In this document: in pieces, positions 21,701 through 33,700 of the stretch
Layout: every line of letters starts with the position of its first letter
How positions within the stretch are numbered: position 1 is the first letter of the stretch
Assembly (NCBI GenBank): GCA_004431415.1
Contig: QPMI01000517.1
Coordinates: 1 to 64,000, forward strand
DNA: 64,000 nucleotides
Reading direction: 5' to 3'
Origin: Cyanophora paradoxa CCMP329
Taxonomy: Eukaryota; Plantae; Glaucophyta
The notes under the pieces: generated by a model
The model's database searches: none
Told to the model about the DNA's origin: nothing
Seen by the model: only the letters and a program-made list of their open reading frames with translations
Position numbers and translations under genes: made by a program

Positions 21701-23957
21701 GCTGAACCGCTTCTACGAGCCCGAGGCCGGCTCTATCGAGGCGCGTACCCCTTCACCCCCCCCCTCCCCTGCCCTCCCCCTCACCCTTGGGCCTGCCCCT
21801 CGCTGCTCCGCCCCTTTCTCCTTCTCTTGCCCTCCCTCTCCCATCCCCCCCTCCCCCCCACTGTCCTCCATCTCCGTTCCCCCTCTCCCGCCTAGAGCTG
21901 GCCAGACCTTGTCATCTGAGGCTCACGTGGATTTCAGGTGGACGGGCGGGAGATCGGGGGCGTCTCGCGGGACTGGCTCCGCGACCACGTCGCCGTCGTC
22001 GGCCAGGCCCGCCCGCCCCGCCCCGCTTTGGTTCTCATGGTTTAGATCCTAGCTTGCTTTCTAGCCTCCTCCGGCCCCCTCTTGGATCCGCCTCACGGAG
22101 CGGCCGGCCGGGGGGCGTGCGCAGGAGCCGGCGCTCTTCTCGGGGACGATCCGGGAGAACATCGCGTACGGCCGCCGCGGCGCCGCCGCCCCCGACGCCG
22201 CCATCGAGGCCGTGCGCCCGCCTCCCCTTGCCCCGGCCCAGAGCCTCGGACCTTAGGGTCAGTCTAGACTGGATCCGCATTAGCGATCTAAACGCTTCCA
22301 CTCTAGATCCTATGAATTAGATGCTCTCTAGGCTAGGCTCCCCACGCCGCCATCGAGGCCGTGCGCCCGCCTCCCCTCGCCCCGGCCCGGACCCTTGGAC
22401 CTCATTAGCTATAGGTTTTCTCCGGCCTGCTCGACTCTCGGCGAGATCTAGATCCCATGGATTTGATGCTCTCTAGGCTAGACTCGAGGCTCCCGTGGCC
22501 GGCCCTCCCCCTTCCCCGGCCTCACCGGCGGCGCGTGGGCAGGCGGCGCGGGCGGCCTTCTGCCACGACTTCATCGCGGGGCTCCCCGACGGCTACGAGA
22601 CGCGCGTCGGCGAGCGCGGCGTCCAGGTACCCGCCCGCCCCCCCGCCCCCCCGCCCGCCCCGCCCCTTCCGCCCCTTTCGCCCCGCCCAGGAGTCAGTCA
22701 TAGCGTTAAAGCGTTAGTTTGCCATAGAGCTACCCCACTTGTTTGCAGCCTCCTGATCGGCGAGCTCGGCGCGCAGCTCTCGGGGGGGCAGCGGCAGCGG
22801 ATCGCCATCGCGCGGGCCCTCCTCAAGGACCCCTCCGTCCTCGTCCTCGACGAGGCCCGACCCCCCCTTACCCCCCCCCTGCCCCCCTCCTCCCGCTCCA
22901 CCCCCCTCTTCTCTACGTTCTCTGCGCCCCCCTCTCTACCCTCACCCCACCCCTGCTCCCTCTCACTACCACTACCGTCGCCTCTGTACCACCCCTACCC
23001 TTGAACCCCCCTACCATCCCCTACGACCCACCCCACCCCTGCTCCCTCTTACCCCCCCTCCCCCCCCCCCCCCCCGCAGGCGACGTCGGCGCTGGACGCG
23101 GAGTCCGAGGCGGCCGTCCAGGTGCGCTATAAATAGCCAAATAGCCGGCGTGGACGAAAACGTTGCTTCTAAGTTATTAAGCTAGGACAAGCTTGGCCGC
23201 CCTACTAAATTAAACGAAGGCCAAGCTACTATAGCGCTATAAATAGCCGGCGTGAACGAGCATCTTGGCTAGCCTAGTAGGCCGCCTGCCTGGCAAACCA
23301 CAGCGCCCCCGCACCCGCCCCCGCCCCCGCCCCCGCCTCCCCCCTGACCCCCCCATCAGGCGGCGCTGGACCGGCTGATGGCGGGGCGCACGACGATCGT
23401 CATCGCCCACCGCCTCGCCACCGTGCGCCCGCCCCGGCCCGGCCCCGGGGGCGGGGGGCTAGAGGGGCGGCTCGGCGTGGCGGAGGCGAGAGGGGCGGCT
23501 GGGCCGGGGGCCACCGTGCGCGCGCGCCGGGCCCGGAGGCGGGGGGCCAGAGGGGCCGCTGGGAGCCCCAAGGGGCGGCTTGGGGCGGGTGGAGCTAGAG
23601 GGGCGCCGAGCCCGGAGATCAAATCTTCGGCTCGATCCGCCCGTCTTCGAGCCCGGTCCGGGCTGACGAGGGGGGCGCCGGCAGGTCCGCGGCGCCGATG
23701 CCATCGCCGTCCTCCTTCCCGGCCGCAAGGGCTTCGCCGAGGTCCGCCCGCTCTCTGTTTCCCCTGCCCCCAAGTCTAGACTTCGAGGCATCGATATTAC
23801 AAGGGAAAGTTTCGCCTAGACGCCCCTACTTCTATCTAGACTGCGAGGTAACGCTGGGGGCCGGGGCGGGCGGGCGCAGCTCGGGACGCACGAGGAGCTG
23901 CTGGCGCTGCCGGGCGGGGCCTACCGCGCCCTCATCGAGCGCCAGGCCACCATTTGA
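18752..23957 (+). CDS. ABC transporter subfamily B half-transporter (TMD-NBD), multi-exon, probably organelle-targeted
   Basis: Spliced motifs: Walker A GPSGAGK|ST, Q-loop VAVVGQ|[31 protein letters not shown]|[26 protein letters not shown]|ATSALD, H-loop IAHRLAT, end [25 protein letters not shown]-terminus MFQASAL.. is Ala/Ser/Arg-rich and transit-peptide-like. Confidence 0.93.
21005..21070 (+). repeat. Intronic (GATCT/GATCC)n pentanucleotide microsatellite
   Basis: An intron made almost entirely of GATCT/GATCC units. Similar tracts occur in introns at ~15025-15075 and ~15470-15500. Confidence 0.85.
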
Positions 23958-24154
23958 CTCTTCGAACCCTGAGCTCGCGCATGCGATTACGCCCCCGGGC
24001 CGCGGCCGCGTCTGCCTTGGAGCCATATGTACGCATCTACGAATCAGTATTCGCCCCTCTGCTCCGCCCCAGCGGCGGGATCGCCCTATATAGCTATCTG
24101 TCGATCAGGATCGCGGCTGCTTCGGATTCGCGTCTCGGTCGGCTCGTTCGGGGC

Positions 24155-24200
24155 CCCCGCCCTGAAGGCCCCCCGCCCTGAAGGCCCCCCGCCCTGAAGG
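24155..24200. repeat. 3 x 15-bp tandem repeat (CCCCCGCCCTGAAGG)
   Basis: Directly visible in the intergenic region. Confidence 0.85.
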
Positions 24201-24779
24201 GGGGGGGGCCAACGGAAGCGAATCGGGGGAGCTACCGGGAATATTAATGTGCTCAGTGCTTGCGATCGCAAGTAGGGCGATGATCATGTGCTTCTTTGCA
24301 AAAGTTCTGCGTAGGATCGAATCCGAATTCGAACACCGATCTCACGAGAAATTAAAGATGCTCAGTCCGACGGTCGATCACAAGATTTAGAAATTAAAGC
24401 TACTCGGTGCATGCAAGGTCTAATTTAGGGTTCCTCAGCTACAAAACTGATCAGGGCATGCAAGCGCATGACTGGACATAAACACGTTTTGCGACCTACT
24501 AGGCTATGCCTATAACTTGTAAAATTCAAGCCTCGAGCTCGAAATAAGGCCCTAGCTATTAAAGATAGGATCAAAATTGCACGCCTATAATTATCCTAAC
24601 TTGCAATGATCATGCCACGATCGCGATGATGAAAGTTTAAGCCTTTTTCGCAGAACCTGAAAGATATGCCGGCTACGTACTGTAGTAAATGCGTATATAT
24701 GGATCCATCAATATTGCGCTCGCAGTTTAAACCAATTTGACGGATCGACGCGCGCGCGCATGATGATGCGCTATTGCGA

Positions 24780-27700
24780 TCACAGGGTGACCGTGATGGC
24801 GGAAGGCGAGTTCCCTCGATCGCGAGCGCCGCGACGGGCGCCGGCCGGTGCAGCCGGCGCCGGCGCTGCCGTCGGGCTTGGGACCGCGAGCGAGGCGGGC
24901 GCCGGCGCCGCAATCGCTTGCGAGTGGGCCGTCGACATGTCGGCGCCCTTCCGCTGCATCGCGGAGAGCTTCGCCGCCTCCTGCAGCTTCTTCTCCTCGT
25001 CCTGGCGCACGTACGCGCGCGTCATCAGCAAAGCCGCTCGCGATCGGACATATTTATATATCGTAGTACGCTCCTAGATCTGGAGGGCGACGGTGCCGGC
25101 GCCGGCTGGGCGCTATTGAGCCGGCGCCGGCTGGGGAGAACTATCGATCTGGAGAACTATTGCGCCGGCGCCGGCTGGGCTCACCCCGGGAGCGAAGAGG
25201 ATGTGTGCGAGCTTCGGCTGCAGCTGCAGGCCGACGTCGGCTCGGGCCCGTCTTGCGGCCCCGTCGCCCAAAGCCGCCCCGCCGCCCTCGGGCCAGTGAG
25301 TTCGGCCGTGGCCACGGGTTTTGAGGATGGCGCGGCGGTAGAGCGCGCGGCAGACGAGCTTCACCTGAGCGCGCGAGAGGGAAAATTCATTCGGCGGCCG
25401 GATCCGAAGAATCGCACCCTATAGCTAGCAACAATCGCATCGATCGCGCAGCGCACCCTTGTGCCGAACATCTTGAACATTGCTCGCTCTGCTCGCAGCT
25501 GGTTGCTAACGATCAGCGCTATGGCGAGAATCTGTCGGCAGCAGTTACAATTCATCAGCCAATGCCAGTCCCAGAGCTCGAGTACAAGCTATTAAGGGGC
25601 GTGCGATCCGGACCTGTATGATGGACGCCGCCAGGGCGATCTGCTCCACATTCGACGCCTTCGGGTGGAGCCCCGCCTGCGCGCGCGGCGTTAGATCTGC
25701 ATGTGCATGCAGTTCGTGTGCTCGAATGTGCTCGAATGTGGGAACTCCAGCCTTCGCACCACGAAGAGCAGGGAAAGGACGGTGATCTGCGCCCCCAGCC
25801 GTCAACGACGACGACTCAGCTGCGACAGCACAGGACGGAGGACGGCAGAAAAAGGACGCTCTATTTTATATTACATGTTATATATCTGAAAAAGGACGCT
25901 CTATTTTATATTACATGTTATATATCTGAAAACGGACGCTCTATTTTATATTATGCGACAGCAAAGAACGGAGGACCTGCATCGAGTCGATGACGACGTA
26001 CACGTAGTTCTCAATGTGCTCGCTGATGTAAGACGTAAGATTTTAAGAGCCATGGCCAACGTTAATGAGTGAGATTGAGAGGCTATAGCTAGAACGTACC
26101 GGAAGGGCCGGGCCGCCAGGATGTACAACAAGTCGAAGCCCACAATGCCGATGAGCAGGCCCATCTGCAGCAAGAAATCACAGGTCGAATTCTTTTAAAC
26201 AAGCGGGGGGCTTGGAATCTTCAGCATATTGTATATGTATCTGAAAAGGACCTGGAGGGAGATGTAGAAGCTTTTTATATAAGCCTCCTGGAGCCTTTAT
26301 ATAAACCTTTTATATAAGCTTTTTATAGACCTTGGAAGCCTCCGCATATATATGCCTCCGCATTTATATATATTTCATCTAAAATTCAAAGGACCTGGAG
26401 GGAGATGTAGAAGGCGGAGGGATTGCCGGCCCGGTCGGGGTTCCGATCGTTGACAAGGCCTGAGTGCGCGCGCGCGACAATCACGAGTCATGCACAGCGC
26501 ATTTGGTTTTTGCGCCAAGAGCCGCACGAACCGACAACGAGACCCGCCGCGAGCTTGCGGAAAATGTCCCATATCTCGTGTCCAGTCAGCGAGATGCATG
26601 CGTGAGAGCGAACCAGGGCGGAGTGCTTAAGCGCATAAGCGGGATGCGGGATGCGGGATGAGGGGGGGGGGGGGGGGGGGGGAGGGGGGGGTGAAGAACG
26701 CACCCCGAACCACTGTCCGAAGTTGTCCCCGCGGAAGGACTCGAAAAAGGCGTCGAAAGTCCATCTGAAATTGCGGGCTGCGCATCGGCGAAGTGGGACC
26801 AAATTAGAGCTTTGCTTATAATTACGGCTCTCGCCGACAGCGGCTTTCACGCGCACAGGACCACAGGGTGCGGGGCCCGTCATTCCTCTCTGGATTCACA
26901 ATCCACACGCCTCGCTCCCAGTTCATCCTGTCAACATCGATGGATTCATCAGATGAATTATGAATTCGAATCTCTTCATCCGATGGAAACGGAATCCGCT
27001 GCAGCTATATATAATTTGAAGCGCTTCGCGCACCACCGCCAGATGAGAGCCAGGCGGCGACGGTGGACCGAATTTCGGAAATTTTCGCGGAGCTGGCGGC
27101 AACCCTTCTTGGTGGCGGCCCAGCGAGAGCGGACCCAGCGCTTCGTCCGGCTGTACTCGTCCATAGGCTTTTCCGCGGAGAGCTGCAGCGTCGCCGCGGG
27201 GTGATGGCTGTGCGCGTGGTGCGGCTGGTGCTTGTGCTTGTGCGCGAGCAAGTGGGCGTCGGCCGCCTTGTGGTGGGGTAGTTCCACGCGCCCATCCGCG
27301 GCGCGCTCGGCCTCGTGCTGCCTAATATGCAGCTCGTCCTGTCTGCGAGGGGCGAGGATCATGGCTTGAACCGGAGCTGCTGCATCTGCTGGACGACGCG
27401 CGCGAACCGGTGCTTGATCTCGTAGATCTCGTCGCCGAACGCCTCTTGCTCCTTCGCGTCGGCGCTGCTGGTCATCGCCCACAGGTGCCGCCAGTCCGGA
27501 CAGGGCAGCTCCACCCTGCGCAGAGCCCATATCGGAAAGAAATGAGGGCGCAAGTTAAACAAGCAAAAGTGTCGCAACCATAGGATGTGCTTCCGCCGAA
27601 CGCGATAGATGACCATGAGGACCGCGAAGACGAAGAAGGTGCCGGCAATGCAGGCCTAGCGTGTGGAGAATTCACGGATTCAGGAAGCGTGTGGAGAATT

Positions 27701-30700
27701 CACGGATTCGGCACGCGACCAGGGGCGCACCAGGAGGATGGATCCCACTGTGCTCCAAAACGTGTCGTTCAGGCGGGCCTGCATGTGTGCAGCAGGGCAG
27801 GTTCGGAACTCGAGGCGAGCTGAAGGATCGGGCATTGCGGAATTCGAAGCGAAAAGCTTAAGTGCCGCACCGTCGCGGCCGCCGCCAGAACGAAGCCTTC
27901 GTACGCCACGATGACGACCGCAACCTGCGCAGATTGAACCCGTCACCAAATTATTTTAAAGACGACACAATTGCAAGCTTATAATTATCATGACTTCGAG
28001 TTCGCTCGCCTGCGGCTTGGGGAACCAGAACAGCTTCGGCGACTCCTTGATTCTGAAGACGGTCCGCGTGAGGAAGCCGACGAGGATCTGGATGACCGTC
28101 ACGCCGACGAGCCCGACGGCCGACCAGAACATGCTCTCCTGCAGGTAAGGCGTCGCAATCTCGCCGCCCGACTCCCGCACGAAGGCGCTGAGCCCGAGGA
28201 GCCGGCGGCCGCTGCGGGCACCGGCGCCGGTCGAGCTGGAGTTGCCGGATCCGGAGCGCCAGGGGGAGCCTAAGTAGAGCATCGTCCACTGCGTGGACGA
28301 GGCGGTGGAATTGTAGGTGCCGGGCAGCTGCATGGAGAGGAAGCTCGTGGCGCTGATGAACTGCGCCGGACGTCTACGTCGGGCGAGGTCGAGAGGTCGA
28401 CGTACGCGTTGCACGCGTCAGCGCACCTGAGCCTGGGAGACGATGCCGCCGATCCCTCCGCCCGTGCCCGCAGAGGCGCCCAAGCCGCCGCCCATCGACG
28501 CGCCCACCGAGCTGCCGACGGCGCCGGCCACGCTGGCGCCCACCGCCGCCGCGACCGCCACCGTGATGGCCTGCCCGATGGTCTTGCCCACGTCCGTCTC
28601 CTCCGCGTCGGCCCCCGGAGGCGCCTTGCCTGCAGACAAAGGCCGACACGATCAGGGCGAGAGCAACGCGCTCGGGGCAGCCAAAGCGGGCGCACCCTCG
28701 CAGACGGCTTTTGCCAGATCGATGGCGGCTCGCTGCAGCTCTTCAGGCAGCTCCACAGAGACGGGCATCAAGTTGGTCGTGTTCGGCTGCGGGCGAGCGG
28801 AAAGTGAGCCGCGGCCGGTCGCACGGCTCCTGATAAAAGTAAACTCGCCTGGGTGACGATGCTGCGGAAGAGGTCGAGCCCAGACTCGAACGCGTACGAG
28901 TCGGTGTACATCGGGACGGCGTACAGGTTGCTGCGCTGCCGCACGGGCGCGGAGGCGTTAAGTGCCTCGGAAGCGTCCATCGGCTGGTCGAAGGTCATCA
29001 GCACGACGCTGCGGACGATGCCCTTGCGTGCCAGGGCCGAGGCGGCCTCTCGGGCTGCGTCGATGCCGCGCGCCAGCAGCCGCGGAGTGGACGGGTTCAC
29101 TTTGCTGTCGATCTTGTTGCCGACGAGGGCGTCGTGGGCGGTCTTGACCTCCGCCCTCTCGACGGCGATGCTCGCGTTGCCGGCGGGCGGCAGGCTGTAC
29201 CGCACGATCGACACGAAGGAGTCGGGCCCCTGGATCCAGAAAGGCCGCAGGAACTTCAGCACGAAGTCGTTTGCGATTGCTTGCGAGGGGATGGACGTGG
29301 CTGCGTCCATCATGATGACGAGGTCCTGCGAAAAGCGTAAACGTACACATAAGCCCTCTCGACAATTTTAAATAATGTTAATACTGTAGATGCCGCCCCC
29401 CCGTACCTTGCCAACGTTGCAGGTGTACTGCGCATGCGCAGAACCCAGCATTAACATTGAGACAATCGAACAGCTGCAGCTCCGACGCGCGCGCATCGCC
29501 GCACCTCGTCCACGACGTGGAGGGTGAGAATCTCCGAGTCGCTGTTCTGGAACTCGTCGTCGAGCGCTGCGCACGCGGTTCCGTCGTTGACAATGAGCTT
29601 ACGCTTAAGCATGCTTAGGTTGCTTAAGGCGTACCGACGGCTTGCACGCGGTAGGTCCCAACCTTCAGCCTCAGGGAGAGACTTTCGCCCGTCGCCTCTT
29701 GCTGTTGCCCTTCAACATACCTGCCAGTGCGATCGAGGCCAGTACTAGTGTGCATGCGGAAGAAGGCGGCGGAGGTCACGAACGAACCACTCCCAAGCGG
29801 CAAGGACGCCGGGGGCAGCATCCTCGGATGTCGCGACGATCTCCGTAGCGCCGACCTAAGAAGTGTCATTGAACGTAAATCCATCAACGAGATCGCAGCT
29901 GGCGTAAAAGGTGGATCAGCGCACCTTCGTCTTGGGATCAACGACGATGTAGGAATAGCGCGACGCGGGGAAGATGGCGAGCTTCGGGGTCGAGGGCGGC
30001 ATGTTCACTGCCCGCATTCGAGGCCGGCCATGGTTAAGATCAATACTTAATGCATTTCTGTAAACCGTCACGGCGTGGCGCACGTGTGGAGGGCGTGGTG
30101 CGAACGAAGAGCCTCGTGACGGCAAAGCTCGCGCTCGCGAGCAGCCCGCGCTGCGCGGTCGCGACGTCGACGGTCAACGCGCCGTTCGGGAAGTCGGAGG
30201 GCGCCATCCTCGACAGCTCCTCCGCGATCTCGGATCCTGTGCGACCGACGACGGCGGGCACTTGCACGGACACTGCGGCGCTGCCGCCCTCGGGGCACGT
30301 CGCCGCGCGCATTTGGCCGAATGCGGAGGCGGGTGTGGGGCGCTTGAGGAACTTGCTGATGGCAGAGGCGAGCGGCGGAAGGGCGGCCGTCTCATTGAGG
30401 CGCGCCGAGAAGACTTCAGGACTCTCGTCGAGGCAGATGGTTGCAGTGACAACTGCTCGTGCGAAAAGCGGGCGTAATAATCAGATTTAATAGCTCGTGC
30501 GGTACGTGCACGTCAGAATCATGGCTGGTCGCGCACTCTTTCGGTTTCCGACTCTGACAAGGAGGCTTGCACGGGATTCCTGGTTAAGCCGGTCCTTCAC
30601 GACAAGCTCAAACCTGCGGCCGCGGCGTGCACACATATGGCATGGTCTGCATAATTACACAATTGCAATTAGACTTTGTCGCGCACCTTGTCAACCCGAC

Positions 30701-33700
30701 ACGCATTCTCGCGGCGTTCGTCTTCAACGACGTTGGCGACGCGATCTTGGCGCGTCGTTTGGGGTCTGGCGACTCGAGCTCGAGCCACGCGAAGGACGAC
30801 ACGGGCGAGCCGTCGCAGGCCACGCTGCCCTCCGCGCTGAGAACGAGCGACGGGCGACCAGACTCTACAACATGCACAATCAACTTCTCGTCGACGGCAT
30901 TCGCTGAGCCTGTTTTTGAGAGCCGTCATAAGTATCACAGTCAAGTTCGAATTCGAAGTGAATTTCAAAGAGGATTACCGGTGGTGTTAGAGGGGGATTC
31001 CTCCGCAAGCTCGGCCCCTTCAACGAACGCAGCTGCTTTGGGCGGTTTCCCGAGGCACGGATCGGGTTGTGGCGGCGCTGCACAATCCCAGCCATGATCA
31101 GAAAAAGATTAAAGCTGCAGAAGGCGCTGAATTATTCATCGCAGCAGCGCGCACGCGGGAGAATGGAGAAGACATTGCTTGATCCATTGACGTCGCGCAC
31201 GAATACATCAATGCGATATTCGCCTGCAACAGAAGGCATCAGACTGCACGTTATACTTAGCACCGCCATTCGCAAACAGCGGACCGGCGGCCCCGTTAAC
31301 GGTCCAGTCAACAATCTGCTCTTGGTTGCCAGCGGACAGCTCCTGGACAGTTGAAACTGGTTGTTTTGTTCTCGGATCCAAAAAGACGACGCTAATATCT
31401 GCTGTTGCTGTCCGCGAAAGAGCGACGGAGGTCCATCGGATTCTGATTAAATGAGTGCAGACTCAGCTCAGAGGCGAGTCAAAAATAAGAATAAGAAATG
31501 CAAGAGCCCGCACGTGTACTTTTGGCCTGGAAGCAGAGAGGGGACGGCTGCCAACGAGATCGACGTAGCGGCAGAGGCGGCGATCGAGAAAGCCCTCCCG
31601 CGGCTGCTGAGCCGCCAGTTCCCCACGCCGACCTGCAGGACGTGCAAAGTTAAACGTCGGAGCCAATACCAGCGTACGAGGTCTGCTGTCGACTGCGAAC
31701 CTCGGCGGAGTACTCGCCGGACTTGATATCGCTGGTAATTAGATAGGAGTAGATGCCAGTGTTCGCAGCGTCTTCGGCGATATCCTGCGTTCCATGTTAA
31801 GCTTCGGTCTCCGCTGTACAAAATCAAAGCTAGCCCCATGCATACGACAGCGCACCACGATGTAACCGTCGCTTCGCACCAGCCGAAGCGAGATTGTACG
31901 CGACTCCAGGTTGCCAGAGTCCCACCGCAGCGGGATCGTCTGACCAGAGGTGTACGACGTGCGGCCGTCGGGCTGGCGCAAGAACAGAAATGCCGGTGGA
32001 GTCTCCAAGACGAAGTTCGAGCTGGCGGCGCTAATTGTTTTGCCGGCGAGGCTCGTGCTGAGCTCGAAAAAGAACAGGCCAGCTCCCATGCGCGGCGACG
32101 GCACAAACGAGAAGGAACCGGTGTTCGGTCGCACGGCAATCGGAACGAGCGTGCCCGTCGCGACGTTGACGATGGCGATCTGCACGATGGCCGAGGCCTC
32201 AATGCCGGTGCTTGCCCACTGAAGGGCGAACGGAGTCCCGACAACCAGGCGGGACACCGTCTGCGCAGTTTCAACGTCAGCAAACTGAGCCCGCAAGGCG
32301 AAACTCTCCATCTGGGTGGTTGCCGTGGTCAAGGGCACTAGTTAATATTACGCACATTTGATGACGGAGATCTGAACAGGAAGCCGGCTGCGATGGCCAC
32401 GGGCCGGATTCCAGTCAGAATCGCAGACGAAGAAAAACCAAAGAAAGCCTCCGAGGCTCGCGATCGCACGTTCGCACGATTCCCCGATGCAGAAGGGACT
32501 CGACAACCCACTGGCGACGTCTGCCGGAACCTCCGCCTGCGCGCAGCGCGTCGGCCAAAGATGCCTTGCATCTATACATCAAAAAGGGCATTTGATTTAA
32601 GCGAAGCGGACCCGCAGTATGTATGTCCCGGGCTCAAGGGACGAGCTGATGTTCCACACGAAGTCTCCAGCTACGGCCGACAGGTGGCGCCGCAGCGTGA
32701 CGGGGGCGAGCGACAGCGCCGGTGCGATGGTCTGCAGCCAAAATAAATATTTCTTGTATCCCAGAAGGGTGTAGAGAAGCGCGCACCCTCAGCGGGGTCA
32801 TATCGGGATAGGTGAGCAGCGAAACGGTGGCAAATGAAGCGACCGATCGGGGGTCTGTGGTCTGAACAGAAACCGAGCGGAGCTCTCCGATGAGCCAGTT
32901 CTCGCTTGCCTTTGGACCCAGCACCGACACCGTGTACGCTGCACGGCAAACCTTAGAGCAGTTCAAAAGCTGTGATGTCCGGAATTCGAACGAGCGCACG
33001 TCTGAGGGCTACGGTGGCGCTGGCGGCGGTGAGCGTCTTGTTGGACGCGGACACGGACACGCGGATGGAGTAGACGCCGGCCGGAATGCCCTCCGTCCGA
33101 AGCGTCGCGGATCCAATCGAAGTGGTCGACTGCAGAGTGGCAGCCTGGCGGAAGTATACGTGCACGTCAAACGAAGCCAAAATGCGGTTTGCCAAAGGTA
33201 GGCTGCGCGCACAGTAAACTCTGCGGCGGAGCCGGACGTGTCGACGAAGCTGAGGACGACGCGCTGCTGCAGGGCCATGTTCCGCGTCGTCCACTCGACG
33301 TAGACCTCCTCGCCAAGGAGCTTCTCGGCCTCCGTCGTCGGCGCGAGCACCAGCACCTCCTCCACCACCGCCTCGAGCGCGCTCACGGCTGCTCGCGATC
33401 GCGCGCCGGCGCCGGCGTCAGCCATCGCGCGCACGGGCAAAGTGCACGTGCACGCACGTTCTATGACCGTGAAGGCTTCGCTGACAAGCGAGAGGGGCAC
33501 GGGCACCGTCGGCCCGGACAGGACGACCTGGATCCTGTAGGAGCCGGCACCGAAGGTGGAGGGGATGTCCAGGCGGCACGAGCCGGCGTTGGCGCCGCTA
33601 AAGACCGACTGCGCAGCGATCACAGAGGGCGTCAGAATATATATTTATATTACTGCTAAGCCGCTGCCTTTAAGAACTCACCACAGTGCGGCTGCGATCG

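Noticed and set aside
29368-29574. Signal-peptide-like ORF suggesting a separate gene start
   Set aside because: The hydrophobic stretch is intron sequence ending in GCAG before a micro-exon (YTCNVGK), and upstream exons continue on the same strand.
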